Source: an uncultured Clostridia bacterium
GTDB lineage: Bacteria; Bacillota; Clostridia; Peptostreptococcales; Anaerovoracaceae
Reading direction: 5' to 3'
DNA: 64,000 bases
Assembly: GCA_938034165.1 (NCBI GenBank)
Contig: CALHKP010000038.1
Span: 6,029-70,028, forward strand
Program-made: the position numbers and the translations under genes
The notes under the pieces: model-generated
What the model saw: only the letters and a program-made list of their open reading frames with translations
Database searches by the model: none
Told to the model about the DNA's origin: nothing
Shown here: positions 9,656 to 19,100 of the stretch, one piece after another
How positions within the stretch are numbered: position 1 is the stretch's first letter
Layout of the letters: each line of letters begins with the position of its first letter

Positions 9656-10411
9656 CTATCTGAGAGAATCATTAACATACCGTTCTCTCTTTTGAGTTAC
9701 TTTTCCATACTGTATTGCCTTGGACGGACATCTGTTTATACATGCCATGCAGTGACAGCATCTGTCAGCTGTCCATTCAGGCTTTCCGTTTTCGATTTTT
9801 ATGATTTCATCTGTGCATACTTTTGCGCAAATGCCGCATTCGATGCATTTTTCGTCCGCATAAAATTTCTTCGCAGGTCTTCCGTCGGTATATAACTTGC
9901 CGGCAAACCATGAAAAAACTCTCATTCCTATAGAGGATTTATGAGTAACCCTAAAATTATATTTTATTGAATCAACTATTTCGTTCAGTGCTTTGTCAGC
10001 TCTTCTGATAATCATTATCTGTTCTTCCTTCAGAGGAACTTTGAACATCGCGCAATAGTTTTCCGGCATTACAACTTCATAAAATCCACCGAGCTCAAGG
10101 CCTTTTTTCTTAAGAACCTTTCGCATTGCCACATCTGATGAGCCGGAGCTGCTTCCGCAAGTCCCAACGGCTGCAATCTTTGGTTTTTTGTCTCCAAAGT
10201 CCACCTTTGAGATGAAGTCCTTCAGCTTATGCGGAATACTGTAATACCATACCGGAAAGACAAAGAAAACAATTTCTTCGTCTTTCACGTCATAGCTGTA
10301 TCTGTTTTCTTTTATTGCAGCATTTACATCTATCATTTCTCCCGGAAAGTCCTTACGAAATCTGTCTGCTGCATATTTTGAATTTCCTGTAGCGGTCAAA
10401 TAAAATATCAT
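9656..10411 (-). CDS. Flavodoxin-like / 2x[4Fe-4S] ferredoxin fusion protein (EFR1-family-like)
   Basis: N-terminus MIFYLTATGNSKYAA is a flavodoxin-type phosphate loop. The C-terminus has CIECGICAKVC and CCHCMACINRCP clusters. Confidence 0.75.
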   Translation of the reverse strand: MIFYLTATGNSKYAADRFRKDFPGEMIDVNAAIKENRYSYDVKDEEIVFFVFPVWYYSIPHKLKDFISKVDFGDKKPKIAAVGTCGSSSGSSDVAMRKVLKKKGLELGGFYEVVMPENYCAMFKVPLKEEQIMIIRRADKALNEIVDSIKYNFRVTHKSSIGMRVFSWFAGKLYTDGRPAKKFYADEKCIECGICAKVCTDEIIKIENGKPEWTADRCCHCMACINRCPSKAIQYGKVTQKRERYVNDSLR

Positions 10412-10438
10412 TGATGCTTCACTCCCTTTTTAAAAGAA

Positions 10439-13096
10439 TTATTTTCTTTCAATCTCTACCATGTGGAAGCATTCGATAATGTCACCTTCTTTGATATCAT
10501 TGTAGTTTTCGATTCCGATACCGCATTCGTAGCCCTGAGCGACTTCTTTTGCATCATCCTTATATCTCTTAAGTGATGAAATTGTGCCTTCGTGAATAAC
10601 AATACCATCTCTTACAAGTCTTACTTCTGCATTTCTTACAACCTTGCCTTCGATTACGTAAGCTCCGCCTACGATACCAACGCCCGGAACCTTGAATGTA
10701 TTTCTGATTTCAACTTTACCTAGGATTTCTTCCTTGAATTCAGGATCAAGCATACCCTTCATTGCGTTTTCAACATCGTCGATTACATCGTAGATAACTC
10801 TGTAAGTTCTGATCTGGATGTTTTCTCTGTCAGCCATAGTCTGAACTGCAGTGCTTGGTCTTACGTTAAACCCGATAATGATTGATCCGGATGTACCTGC
10901 AAGCATTACATCAGATTCCGTTACTGTACCTACGCCTGTATGGATAATATTAACCTTAACATCTTCGTTGTTTAGTTTTTCTAATGAAGCAACCAGAGCT
11001 CCTACAGAACCCTGTACATCACCCTTGATAATCAGGTTAAGTTCTTTTACTTCGCCTTCTTTTATCTGGCTGAACAGCTGCTCAAGAGTTGTGCTTGCAT
11101 TTCTTGCAAGAACTTCTTCTCTGAGCTTTTCTTTTCTGTTTTCAGCAATTTCTCTTGCAATCTTATCTTCTTTTACTACGTTGAATTCGTCACCTGCCTG
11201 AGGAACTTCTGTCAGACCAAGAATTTCAACTGCTGTAGCAGGACCTGCCTTTTTGATTGTCTTGCCCTTGTAGTCCGTCATAAGACGTATTCTTCCGGCA
11301 CAAGTACCGGCAACAAGACTCTGTCCGCTGTGAAGTGTTCCGTTTGTAACAAGAAGTGTTGCAACAGGACCTTTTGATTTGTCAAGTCTTGCTTCGATAA
11401 CTGACCCCATGGCAAGTCTGTTAGGGTTAGCCTTAAGTTCCATCATTTCTGCCTGAAGAAGAATCATTTCAAGAAGGTTTACGATTCCTTCACCTGTCTT
11501 TGCTGAAACAGGAACACAGATTACATCTCCACCCCAATCTTCAACAAGGATTCCATGCTCTGTCAAATCCTGTTTTACTCTGTCAGGATTTGCAGCAGGC
11601 TTATCTATTTTGTTGATAGCAACAATTATAGGAACTCCTGCAGCCTTTGCATGACTGATAGATTCTATAGTCTGAGGTTTAACACTGTCATCTGCAGCTA
11701 CTACAAGTACCGCGATATCTGTAACATGTGCACCTCTTGCTCTCATCGCAGTAAACGCTTCGTGACCCGGAGTATCCAGGAATACGATTTTCTGACCGTT
11801 GATTCTTACTTCTGATGCACCGATATGCTGCGTAATTCCGCCTGATTCTGTAGAAGTTACGTTAGTCTTTCTGATAGCGTCAAGAAGTGATGTCTTACCA
11901 TGGTCAACGTGACCCATAACAGTGATGATTGGAGGTCTTGCCTTAAGGTCTTTTTCGGAGTCCTCAAAGTTTTCGATTCCTGATTCAACTTCCTCTTCTT
12001 CAACCTTACCGATTGCTACCTGTATTTTGAGCTCTTCAGCTAGAATCATTACTGTATCTTCGTCGATGCTCTGATTGATGTTTGCCATGATACCAAGCTT
12101 CATCAGAGTCATAATAACCTTAGAAGTTGATACTTCTGTCTGTTCACAGAATCCTGCAACAGTGATAGGAACTGTAAGAACTACTGTTCCTTCAGGAAGT
12201 GCTTCTACTTCGATTTCAGGTTCAGGCTGAACAGGTTTCTGCTTTACGTGTTTCTTTCTTGCCTGTTTTTCAAGTGATCTTCTTTCCATCTTGTCGAACT
12301 TACCGCGTGAGCCATCTTTTTCGTGCTTACCGTACTGCTTCTTCTTGTCATCTCTCTTGCTGTGCTCGTTCTTTGTCTCCATCTTTGTTAATTCAGATGA
12401 ATCTTTTCTTCTTGAACCGTTTCTGTCATTCTTATATCCGCGATCATTTCTGTCGCTTCCGTTTCTGTTGTCTCTTCTGTCTCTGTTATCTCTGTCATTC
12501 CTGTTTCCGCGGTTATCTCTTCTATCGTTTCCGTTTCTGCTGTCTCTTCGGTCTGTGCGATCGTTTCTGTTATCTCTTCTGTCTCTGTTATCTCTGTCAT
12601 TTCTGTTTCCGCGGTTGTCTCTTCTGTCATTTCCGCCTCTTTCTCTGCGGTCCTGACGGTCGTTTCGATCGCTTCTTGTTTCTTTAGAATTTCTGTTACT
12701 ATTCAAACCTTTTTCCTGTCTCTGCTCTTTCTTTTCTTCTTTTTTCTCTTCCTTCTGAATCTTTTCTGCCTCTTCTGCTTTAACTTCCGGTTTAGCTTCC
12801 GGCTTTACTTCTGCAGGTGCAGCTTTTCTTTCTTCTATTTTTTTAGCTTCAGTATCTTCAGCTTTTTTGTTTCTGTTTGAAAGGAATGCATCATCAACTA
12901 TCGGTTTTCCGATAGGCGGTCTGTGTCTGCCTGCCGGTGCTGCCGGTTTCTTTTCTCCTGATATCATATTGATTTCTGCATCAGATAATGAACTCATATG
13001 GCTTTTTACCTCGATTCCGAGTTTCGCTGCTTTTTCTATAAGATCCTTACTCTGGATGCCAAGCTCTTTTGCTACCTCGTATACTTTTTTTGCCAT
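10439..13096 (-). CDS. infB: Translation initiation factor IF-2
   Basis: 885 aa. G domain motifs [14 protein letters not shown] and NKID are present. The N-terminal part is long, charged and low-complexity. Confidence 0.97.
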   Translation of the reverse strand: MAKKVYEVAKELGIQSKDLIEKAAKLGIEVKSHMSSLSDAEINMISGEKKPAAPAGRHRPPIGKPIVDDAFLSNRNKKAEDTEAKKIEERKAAPAEVKPEAKPEVKAEEAEKIQKEEKKEEKKEQRQEKGLNSNRNSKETRSDRNDRQDRRERGGNDRRDNRGNRNDRDNRDRRDNRNDRTDRRDSRNGNDRRDNRGNRNDRDNRDRRDNRNGSDRNDRGYKNDRNGSRRKDSSELTKMETKNEHSKRDDKKKQYGKHEKDGSRGKFDKMERRSLEKQARKKHVKQKPVQPEPEIEVEALPEGTVVLTVPITVAGFCEQTEVSTSKVIMTLMKLGIMANINQSIDEDTVMILAEELKIQVAIGKVEEEEVESGIENFEDSEKDLKARPPIITVMGHVDHGKTSLLDAIRKTNVTSTESGGITQHIGASEVRINGQKIVFLDTPGHEAFTAMRARGAHVTDIAVLVVAADDSVKPQTIESISHAKAAGVPIIVAINKIDKPAANPDRVKQDLTEHGILVEDWGGDVICVPVSAKTGEGIVNLLEMILLQAEMMELKANPNRLAMGSVIEARLDKSKGPVATLLVTNGTLHSGQSLVAGTCAGRIRLMTDYKGKTIKKAGPATAVEILGLTEVPQAGDEFNVVKEDKIAREIAENRKEKLREEVLARNASTTLEQLFSQIKEGEVKELNLIIKGDVQGSVGALVASLEKLNNEDVKVNIIHTGVGTVTESDVMLAGTSGSIIIGFNVRPSTAVQTMADRENIQIRTYRVIYDVIDDVENAMKGMLDPEFKEEILGKVEIRNTFKVPGVGIVGGAYVIEGKVVRNAEVRLVRDGIVIHEGTISSLKRYKDDAKEVAQGYECGIGIENYNDIKEGDIIECFHMVEIERK
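12461..12631 (-). repeat. 102-bp tandem duplication inside infB encoding [23 protein letters not shown] twice
   Basis: An identical 23-aa block occurs at IF-2 residues 156-178 and 190-212. The DNA copies (..gtttccgcggtt.tctcttct..) are about 102 nt apart. Confidence 0.85.
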
Positions 13097-13425
13097 TAGT
13101 ACACCTCTCTTTCTGATTGATTAAGGTCAATCTCCTTTACAATGATTTTCGCAAAGTGACTGTCCGTTATACCGAATAATCCCTTTCCTCCCGTCCCTGT
13201 TATCTGAGACAGTTCATCGGAAGTAGCGAAAATCCTATATTCAACTAAATTGGAACTACATTTCTGTATCATTTTTTTCTTTGTATTTTCGGCCATATCC
13301 TCTGCTATGATAAGCAGTTTGACTTTTCCTTTTGAAATCATCATTTCACATGTGTTATATCCGGAAACTATGTTTCTCGAACGAGCTGCAAAACCGAGAT
13401 AACTCATAACTTTATTTCGCGTCAT
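13096..13425 (-). CDS. ylxQ: L7Ae-family RNA-binding protein YlxQ
   Basis: 109 aa with an L7Ae/L30e-like fold signature (..[32 protein letters not shown]..). Conserved position between ylxR and infB. Its stop overlaps the infB ATG (TAATG). Confidence 0.85.
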   Translation of the reverse strand: MTRNKVMSYLGFAARSRNIVSGYNTCEMMISKGKVKLLIIAEDMAENTKKKMIQKCSSNLVEYRIFATSDELSQITGTGGKGLFGITDSHFAKIIVKEIDLNQSEREVY

Positions 13426-13702
13426 CTGTAAATTCTCCCTTTATCTGCTCTATCTCATGCAAAACATTCTCAAGCACATTCGCAGGAAACTCCCTTTTAT
13501 AAGTTCTGTTAAATGCATTCTTTTTTATGGCCTTTTCCACGCATTTTGCAGATTTGCATATATATGAACCTCTTCCGTTTGACTTCCCGTCCTGGTCCAG
13601 TTTGAGTTCTCCGTCTAAAAATGATATTCTTATGAGTTCTGACTGCGGTTTTGATTCCATGCAGCCGATACATCTTCTCATAGGAACTTTTTTATTCTTC
13701 AA
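13412..13702 (-). CDS. ylxR: YlxR/RnpM family (DUF448) RNA-binding protein
   Basis: PMRRCIGCMESKPQSELIRI...GRGSYIC is the DUF448 signature. The start is a TTG at 13700-13702, preceded by GAGG. Confidence 0.85.
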   Translation of the reverse strand: MKNKKVPMRRCIGCMESKPQSELIRISFLDGELKLDQDGKSNGRGSYICKSAKCVEKAIKKNAFNRTYKREFPANVLENVLHEIEQIKGEFTDDAK

Positions 13703-14765
13703 TCTCGATTACCTCTTCGCCTTCTGAGCTTTCCTCATACTGTGAATGGCTCTTTATGTCAATTTTCCATCCGCTTACCTTCGCTGCAAGTCTTACATTC
13801 TGACCTTCTTTTCCGATTGCCAATGAAAGCTGATAGTCAGGAACAACAGCTACCGCAACCTTTTCTTCTTCATCAGCGATAACCTTTTCAACCTTTGCAG
13901 GACTCAGTACATTGCTGATAAGCGTTTCCGGATCTTCGCTCCACGGAATGATATCTATCTTTTCGCCGTTAAGCTCATCAACTATTGTTCTTACTCTTGA
14001 ACCTGCTGTGCCAACACAAGCTCCTACAGGATCGACGTTTTCTACAGTTGCATAAACTGAAAGCTTCGTTCTTGAACCGGCTTCTCTTGCAATTCCTTTG
14101 ATTTCTACTGTTCCGTCCTGAATTTCCGGAACTTCCAGTTCAAACAATCTTTTAACAAGACCCGGATGTGATCTTGAAAGGAATACCTGAGGACCCTTTG
14201 CAGTTTTCTTTACATCCATGATAAAAACTTTGAGCCTGTCATTGATGTCATAATTTTCACCCGGAACCTGTTCGTATGGCGAAAGCAACCCTTCAGTATT
14301 TCCGATATCGATGAACAAAGTATCTCCGCTTTTTCTGTGAACGATACCTGTAATGATTTCGCCCTGTCTTGCAACAAAGTTATCAAAAACCATTCCTCTT
14401 TCAGCTTCTCTGATTCTCTGAACAACAACCTGTTTCGCTGTCTGCGCCGCAATTCTTCCAAAGTCCTTTGTTACAATCTGGAATTCAATTGAATCTCCTA
14501 TTTCGTATCTTGGATCTATAGCATGCGCTTCTTCCAGTGAAATTTCTGTAAGATCATCTTCGACTTCTTCCACAATCTCCATCTTAGCAAGAACTGAAAC
14601 ATCTCCTGATTCTCTGTCTATGTCAACTCTTACATTCTGGGATGTTCCATAATCCTTTTTGTATGCGAGTACGAGAGCGGATTCTATTGCTTCTATAAGT
14701 ACATCTTTTGAAATGTGCTTTTCCTTTTCGAGATCGTTAATTGCCTCAATAAACTCTCTGTTCAT
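13692..14765 (-). CDS. nusA: Transcription termination/antitermination factor NusA
   Basis: 357 aa with NTD, S1 and two KH domains (..LSLAIGKEGQNVRLAAKVSGWKIDI..). Confidence 0.97.
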   Translation of the reverse strand: MNREFIEAINDLEKEKHISKDVLIEAIESALVLAYKKDYGTSQNVRVDIDRESGDVSVLAKMEIVEEVEDDLTEISLEEAHAIDPRYEIGDSIEFQIVTKDFGRIAAQTAKQVVVQRIREAERGMVFDNFVARQGEIITGIVHRKSGDTLFIDIGNTEGLLSPYEQVPGENYDINDRLKVFIMDVKKTAKGPQVFLSRSHPGLVKRLFELEVPEIQDGTVEIKGIAREAGSRTKLSVYATVENVDPVGACVGTAGSRVRTIVDELNGEKIDIIPWSEDPETLISNVLSPAKVEKVIADEEEKVAVAVVPDYQLSLAIGKEGQNVRLAAKVSGWKIDIKSHSQYEESSEGEEVIEIEE

Positions 14766-14777
14766 TTTTTAACCTCC

Positions 14778-15269
14778 TTAAAATATAACTGCTAAGCAAG
14801 TCTTGGCTACCTGGTCAAATGGCAGCAAAGTTTCTTTTCCGTTTTCATCTTTAATTACTACAAACTCGTCTCTGATTCCGACGAGTTCTCCTGTGTGATT
14901 TTTGGATCCGTCAACAGCCTTGTAAAGTTTTACATCGACAATATGACCTTCATATCTCTTGTAATGCTCCGGTGTGTAAAGCTGTCTGTCCATTCCCGGT
15001 GATGATACCTCAAGGTAATAATTCTGTTCTATAGGATCTTCCTTGTCAAGCTGTTCGCTCAGATATCTGCTCACAAGCTCGCAGTCATCAGTGCTTACAT
15101 ATATTTCTTCACCATCTTCGGATATATGATTCTTTTTATCGATGTATACTCTCAAAAACCAATCTTTACCTTCTTTTGTAAATTCACTGTTATAAATCTC
15201 CAGACCGTTTTCATCCATAAAACCAGCCAGAATATCGCTTATAAAATCTGTTATTTTTTTCTTTGCCAT
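14778..15269 (-). CDS. rimP: Ribosome maturation factor RimP
   Basis: 163 aa containing ..LRVYIDK...LEVSSPGMDRQL... First gene of the nusA-infB operon. Confidence 0.92.
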   Translation of the reverse strand: MAKKKITDFISDILAGFMDENGLEIYNSEFTKEGKDWFLRVYIDKKNHISEDGEEIYVSTDDCELVSRYLSEQLDKEDPIEQNYYLEVSSPGMDRQLYTPEHYKRYEGHIVDVKLYKAVDGSKNHTGELVGIRDEFVVIKDENGKETLLPFDQVAKTCLAVIF

Positions 15270-15280
15270 CTCAAGCCTTT

Positions 15281-15320
15281 CTTAACAAAACTGAAAGAGT
15301 GGGAATAAACCCACTCTTTC
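15281..15320 (-). terminator. Intrinsic terminator / attenuator in the rimP-nusA-infB 5' leader
   Basis: A perfect 11-bp stem, GAAAGAGUGGG/CCCACUCUUUC (15293-15303 pairs with 15310-15320), with a 6-nt loop. On the minus strand it is followed by CAGUUUUGUU. It lies between the predicted promoter (15349-15377) and the rimP ATG. Confidence 0.65.
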
Positions 15321-15348
15321 GGACAAAAAGTATTAATTAGCTCTAAGT

Positions 15349-15377
15349 ATAATATCATACATCTGATAATCTGTCAA
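15349..15377 (-). promoter_or_regulatory. sigma-A type promoter of the rimP-nusA-infB operon
   Basis: Minus strand shows TTGACA (15372-15377), a 17-bp spacer, then TATTAT (15349-15354). Confidence 0.6.
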
Positions 15378-15382
15378 ATCCA

Positions 15383-15712
15383 TCACAGAAACAGATATGC
15401 CGAAAACTTTTGCCTTGCCGCAGCAAAGTTTGCGGCACCTAAATGCATCTCATTTCCGTCAAAAAATTCAATATATTGATTTTCCATAGCTGAAACTCTG
15501 TCAAAATTCACATAAGAATATTTTAGTATGTCAACAAAATTTTCATCAAGACCTTCCACCACATTAGCTATCTTGTCATAAAACTCATAGCTTCCGTTTT
15601 CGCACACGACAATCACCTTTCTGGCATCCTGGGTAATATAATCAATTTCATCCACATTAACCTTTCGAATCATACTCCTAGTTCTTACAATGACATACTT
15701 TTTCCCTGCCAT
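15383..15712 (-). CDS. Stand-alone LytTR DNA-binding domain protein
   Basis: 109 aa. The pattern ..VNVDEIDYITQDARKVIVVCENGSYEFYDKIANVVEGL..NFVDILKYSYVNFDRV.. matches the LytTR fold. There is no receiver or membrane domain. Confidence 0.7.
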   Translation of the reverse strand: MAGKKYVIVRTRSMIRKVNVDEIDYITQDARKVIVVCENGSYEFYDKIANVVEGLDENFVDILKYSYVNFDRVSAMENQYIEFFDGNEMHLGAANFAAARQKFSAYLFL

Positions 15713-16078
15713 AAAATCTCCTTTCTTCTTATAAAATATAAATATCTCATACTTATATTTTATCAGAGATTTTGATTAAGCGTTGTTGGAAATACAAGAA
15801 TATCCGCCTTTTTTTCATTATTATGTAAACTGATAAGTTTTTATTCTCTTTAACTGTTCTCAGTGAACTGCTCGGCAATTGAATTACCGAGGATTCCCGC
15901 ACTGATATCCTAAAATCATTTGTTGCAGCGAACCTCATTGTTTTGTCTCAAAAAACTGAAAAGCCCGGTAAAACCGGACCTCTCAGCTGCGATATTTAAT
16001 ATTAATTTAAGAAAGAACGTTCAAAAGAAATTATTTACTACCCTATCTCCTTTTGACAATATTAGTATAACCGTCTTA

Positions 16079-16131
16079 AGTGACAATTTTATAAAGAAAA
16101 TTTATATGTAATATGTAGAAAAATTGTCACT
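16079..16131. repeat. 12-bp perfect inverted repeat AGTGACAATTTT / AAAATTGTCACT with a 29-nt spacer
   Basis: Arms lie at 16079-16090 and 16120-16131, just downstream of the polC stop. A third TGACAAT copy sits at about 16054-16060. Confidence 0.6.
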
Positions 16132-16149
16132 ACTGTTAACGTTCATTTT

Positions 16150-19100
16150 TTATAGCCCCATCGTGAAAAAACTGAGCTGATCAGTCTCAGGAAGACCTTC
16201 GAACACGCCATAGCTTCTGAGAGCCTCTACAGCAGTCTTGTTCAGCTTTGCTCTGTTTACAGCCTCTTCAACAGTTTCAAATGGCTTTTCGTTATAAGCT
16301 TCAACAAAGGCTTTCGCTGCAGTATCTCCCACACCTTCGAGAGCAACAAATGGCAATATTACCTTTCCCTCGTCTGTCCAGAACCTTAGCGCTCTTGATT
16401 TACCCAGCTCCGGCTTCTTGAACTCGTAACCTCTGGAATACATTTCGTATGCCACCTCTAACACGAGAATCTGCGCCTTTGCCTTTGGTGGTGCATTATC
16501 ACCCATCGCATTTATTTCGTCTATTCTGTCAATGCAGGCCTTTGCACCCTTTAAAATAGTATCTGCATCAAAGTCACTCACAACACTGGTAAAGTGAGTG
16601 GCATAAAACTCCTGAGGATAGTAAACCTTGTACCATGCCATTCTAAATGACATCATTACATATGCCACCGCATGGGCTCTCGGGAACATGTACTGAATCT
16701 TTATGCATGAATCAATATACCAGTCAGGGACCCCATGAGCCTTCATTACCTCAAGCTGTTCATCCTTCAGTGGTCTGTTTTTTCTTACATCCTCCATTAT
16801 CTGAAAGGCAGTACTGTTTTCTATCCCTTTCAGGATAAGGTAGTTCATTATGTCATCTCGAGTCGAAATTACTTCTCGCATTGTTGCGACCCCTGATTTG
16901 ATATAATCCTGCGCATTGTTCAGCCATACATCTGTACCATGAGAGAATCCCGATATTCTGACAAGATCTGCAAACTTATCAGGTTTCGTATCATCCAGCA
17001 TCTTTCTTACAAAAGAAGTTCCGAATTCCGGAATTGCATAAGTTCCATGGGTGTACTTGTACTCCGGATCTTTGATTTCGAGAGCCTCTATACCGTTGAA
17101 AATGCTAAGTACTTTTCGGTCTGTCAGATCCAGCGTCAAAGGATCCACTCCTGTCATATCCTGAAGCTGTCTTATCATCGATGGAATATTGTGTCCCAGT
17201 ATATCAAGTTTCAAAAGATTTTCGTCTATCTTGTGATAATCGAAATGAGTTGTTACTATATCCGATTTCATATCGTTTGCAGGTCTTTGAACCGGACAAA
17301 ATTCGTAGATTTCGTGATCATCAGGAACTATGATAATTCCTCCCGGATGTTGACCTGTAGTTTTCTTTACGCCTGTGCAGCACTTTGAAAGTCTGTCCGC
17401 CTCGTATTTGTTCACAGGTCTGTTTGTCGCATCAAAAAATTTCATAACATAACCGTATGCAGTCTTATCCGCTACTGTGGATACTGTACCTGCCTTATAC
17501 ACGTTCTTCTCGCCGAATATTTCACCAACATATTTGTGCGCCGTCGCCTGATACTCCCCTGCAAAGTTAAGGTCGATATCAGGTTCTTTGTTTCCCTTAA
17601 ATCCTAAGAATGTAGCGAAGGGAATCGTATATCCATCCCGGTTCATCATCGTATGACATATAGGGCACTCTTTCTCAGGCATATCTATTCCGCAGTCATA
17701 AAGCTGCATGTCTCCCCACTCTATATGCTTGCACTCAGGGCAAATGTAATGTGGATCCAGCGGATTTACTTCTGTGATCCCCGCCATGGTAGCTGCGAAT
17801 GAAGAGCCTACCGATCCTCGTGACCCTACCAGGTATCCATCCTCAAGGGATTTGTGAACAAGCATTTGGGCAGATACATACATGACTGCATATCCGTTGC
17901 TTATAATAGAATTAAGCTCAGTCTCCAGTCTTGAACCTATCTCTTCCGGAAGCGGGTCGCCGTATAATCTGTGGGCATTTTCCATACATGTCTTTCGAAG
18001 AGTTTCCTCCGCACCTTCGATTTTAGGTGGGAATTTTCCTTTCGGAACCGGCAAAATCTCATCCGAAATCATATCCGCAATCTTATTCGTATTCTCCACA
18101 ACAATCCTATATGCCGTCTCCTCACCAAGGTAAGAGGAAAATTCCTCCATCATTTCGTCAGTGGTTCTCATATATAGCCCCTGACCATTTTCCGCATCCT
18201 TAAACCCCATTCCGGTAAGAAGGATATTTCGGTAGATTGCGGAATCGGGTTCATCATAATGAGCATCAGTTGTCGCAACAACCGGTTTCCCCAACATATC
18301 CGCAATCTTTATTACTTTTTTGTTAAACTCTATCAGATCATCCCTTCCGGAAACGATACCCTTGTCAATCATAAACTGGTTATTTATGAGAGGCTGCACC
18401 TCGAGATAATCATAATACTCTGCAACCTTGCAGATTTCCTCATCGGAGCAACCCGAAGTAATCGCCCTAAAAACCTCACCTGCTTCGCAGGCCGAACCTA
18501 TTATTATTCCTTCTCTGTGTGCAGTAATCACAGACTTCGGGAGTCTCGGCCTCTTGTAAAAATAATCTATATGAGACATAGATACCATCTTGTATATATT
18601 TTTAAGACCTTCCTGAGTCTGAGCCAGCAAAATTATATGATTAGTATTCTTTGACTTGTAATCAATAGTTCCGTCAGGATTTACACAATCGCTGTCATCA
18701 AATACATAACCTTCCATTCCGTATATAATCTTGATGTGCTGGTCTTTATCCTTAAGCTTCTTTGCTGTTTTTGCCGCATCAGGGAAGCTTTGAACAACAC
18801 CGTGGTCTGTAATTGCCACGGCGGGCTGACCCCACTCAGCAGCAGTCGCAACCAGATTTTCCACTTCGTTGAGTCCATCCATGGCACTCATCTTGGTATG
18901 TGCATGAAGCTCAACTCTCTTGCGCCCCTCAAAGAGGTCCTGACGCTTCTTGAGCTGTCCTTTTTCCACGCCTTTTATCATTATAGAAAGGAAATTGTCT
19001 ATTCTGTCCCATTCAGCATCTCCGCTAACCTTGATAAAGTCACCGTTTTTCAGTAGCGAATCAATCTCTGTCCATTTTTGTTCGGATAAGAATGCCTTCA

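Noticed and set aside
12199-12687. Long ORFs in alternative frames and strands across the infB repeat (162 aa and 121 aa on plus, 80 aa T/E-rich on minus)
   Set aside because: They are artefacts of the low-complexity, repeated RDN-coding DNA inside infB. The translations are repetitive (SLLS.., TETEE..) and have no start context.
16079-16131. The inverted repeat after polC as the polC terminator
   Set aside because: The stem is AT-rich, the loop is 29 nt, and there is no U-tract. A weak CCGGU/ACCGG hairpin plus U-run at about 15946-15980 is a more plausible, though still weak, terminator. I kept the repeat as a possible protein-binding site.
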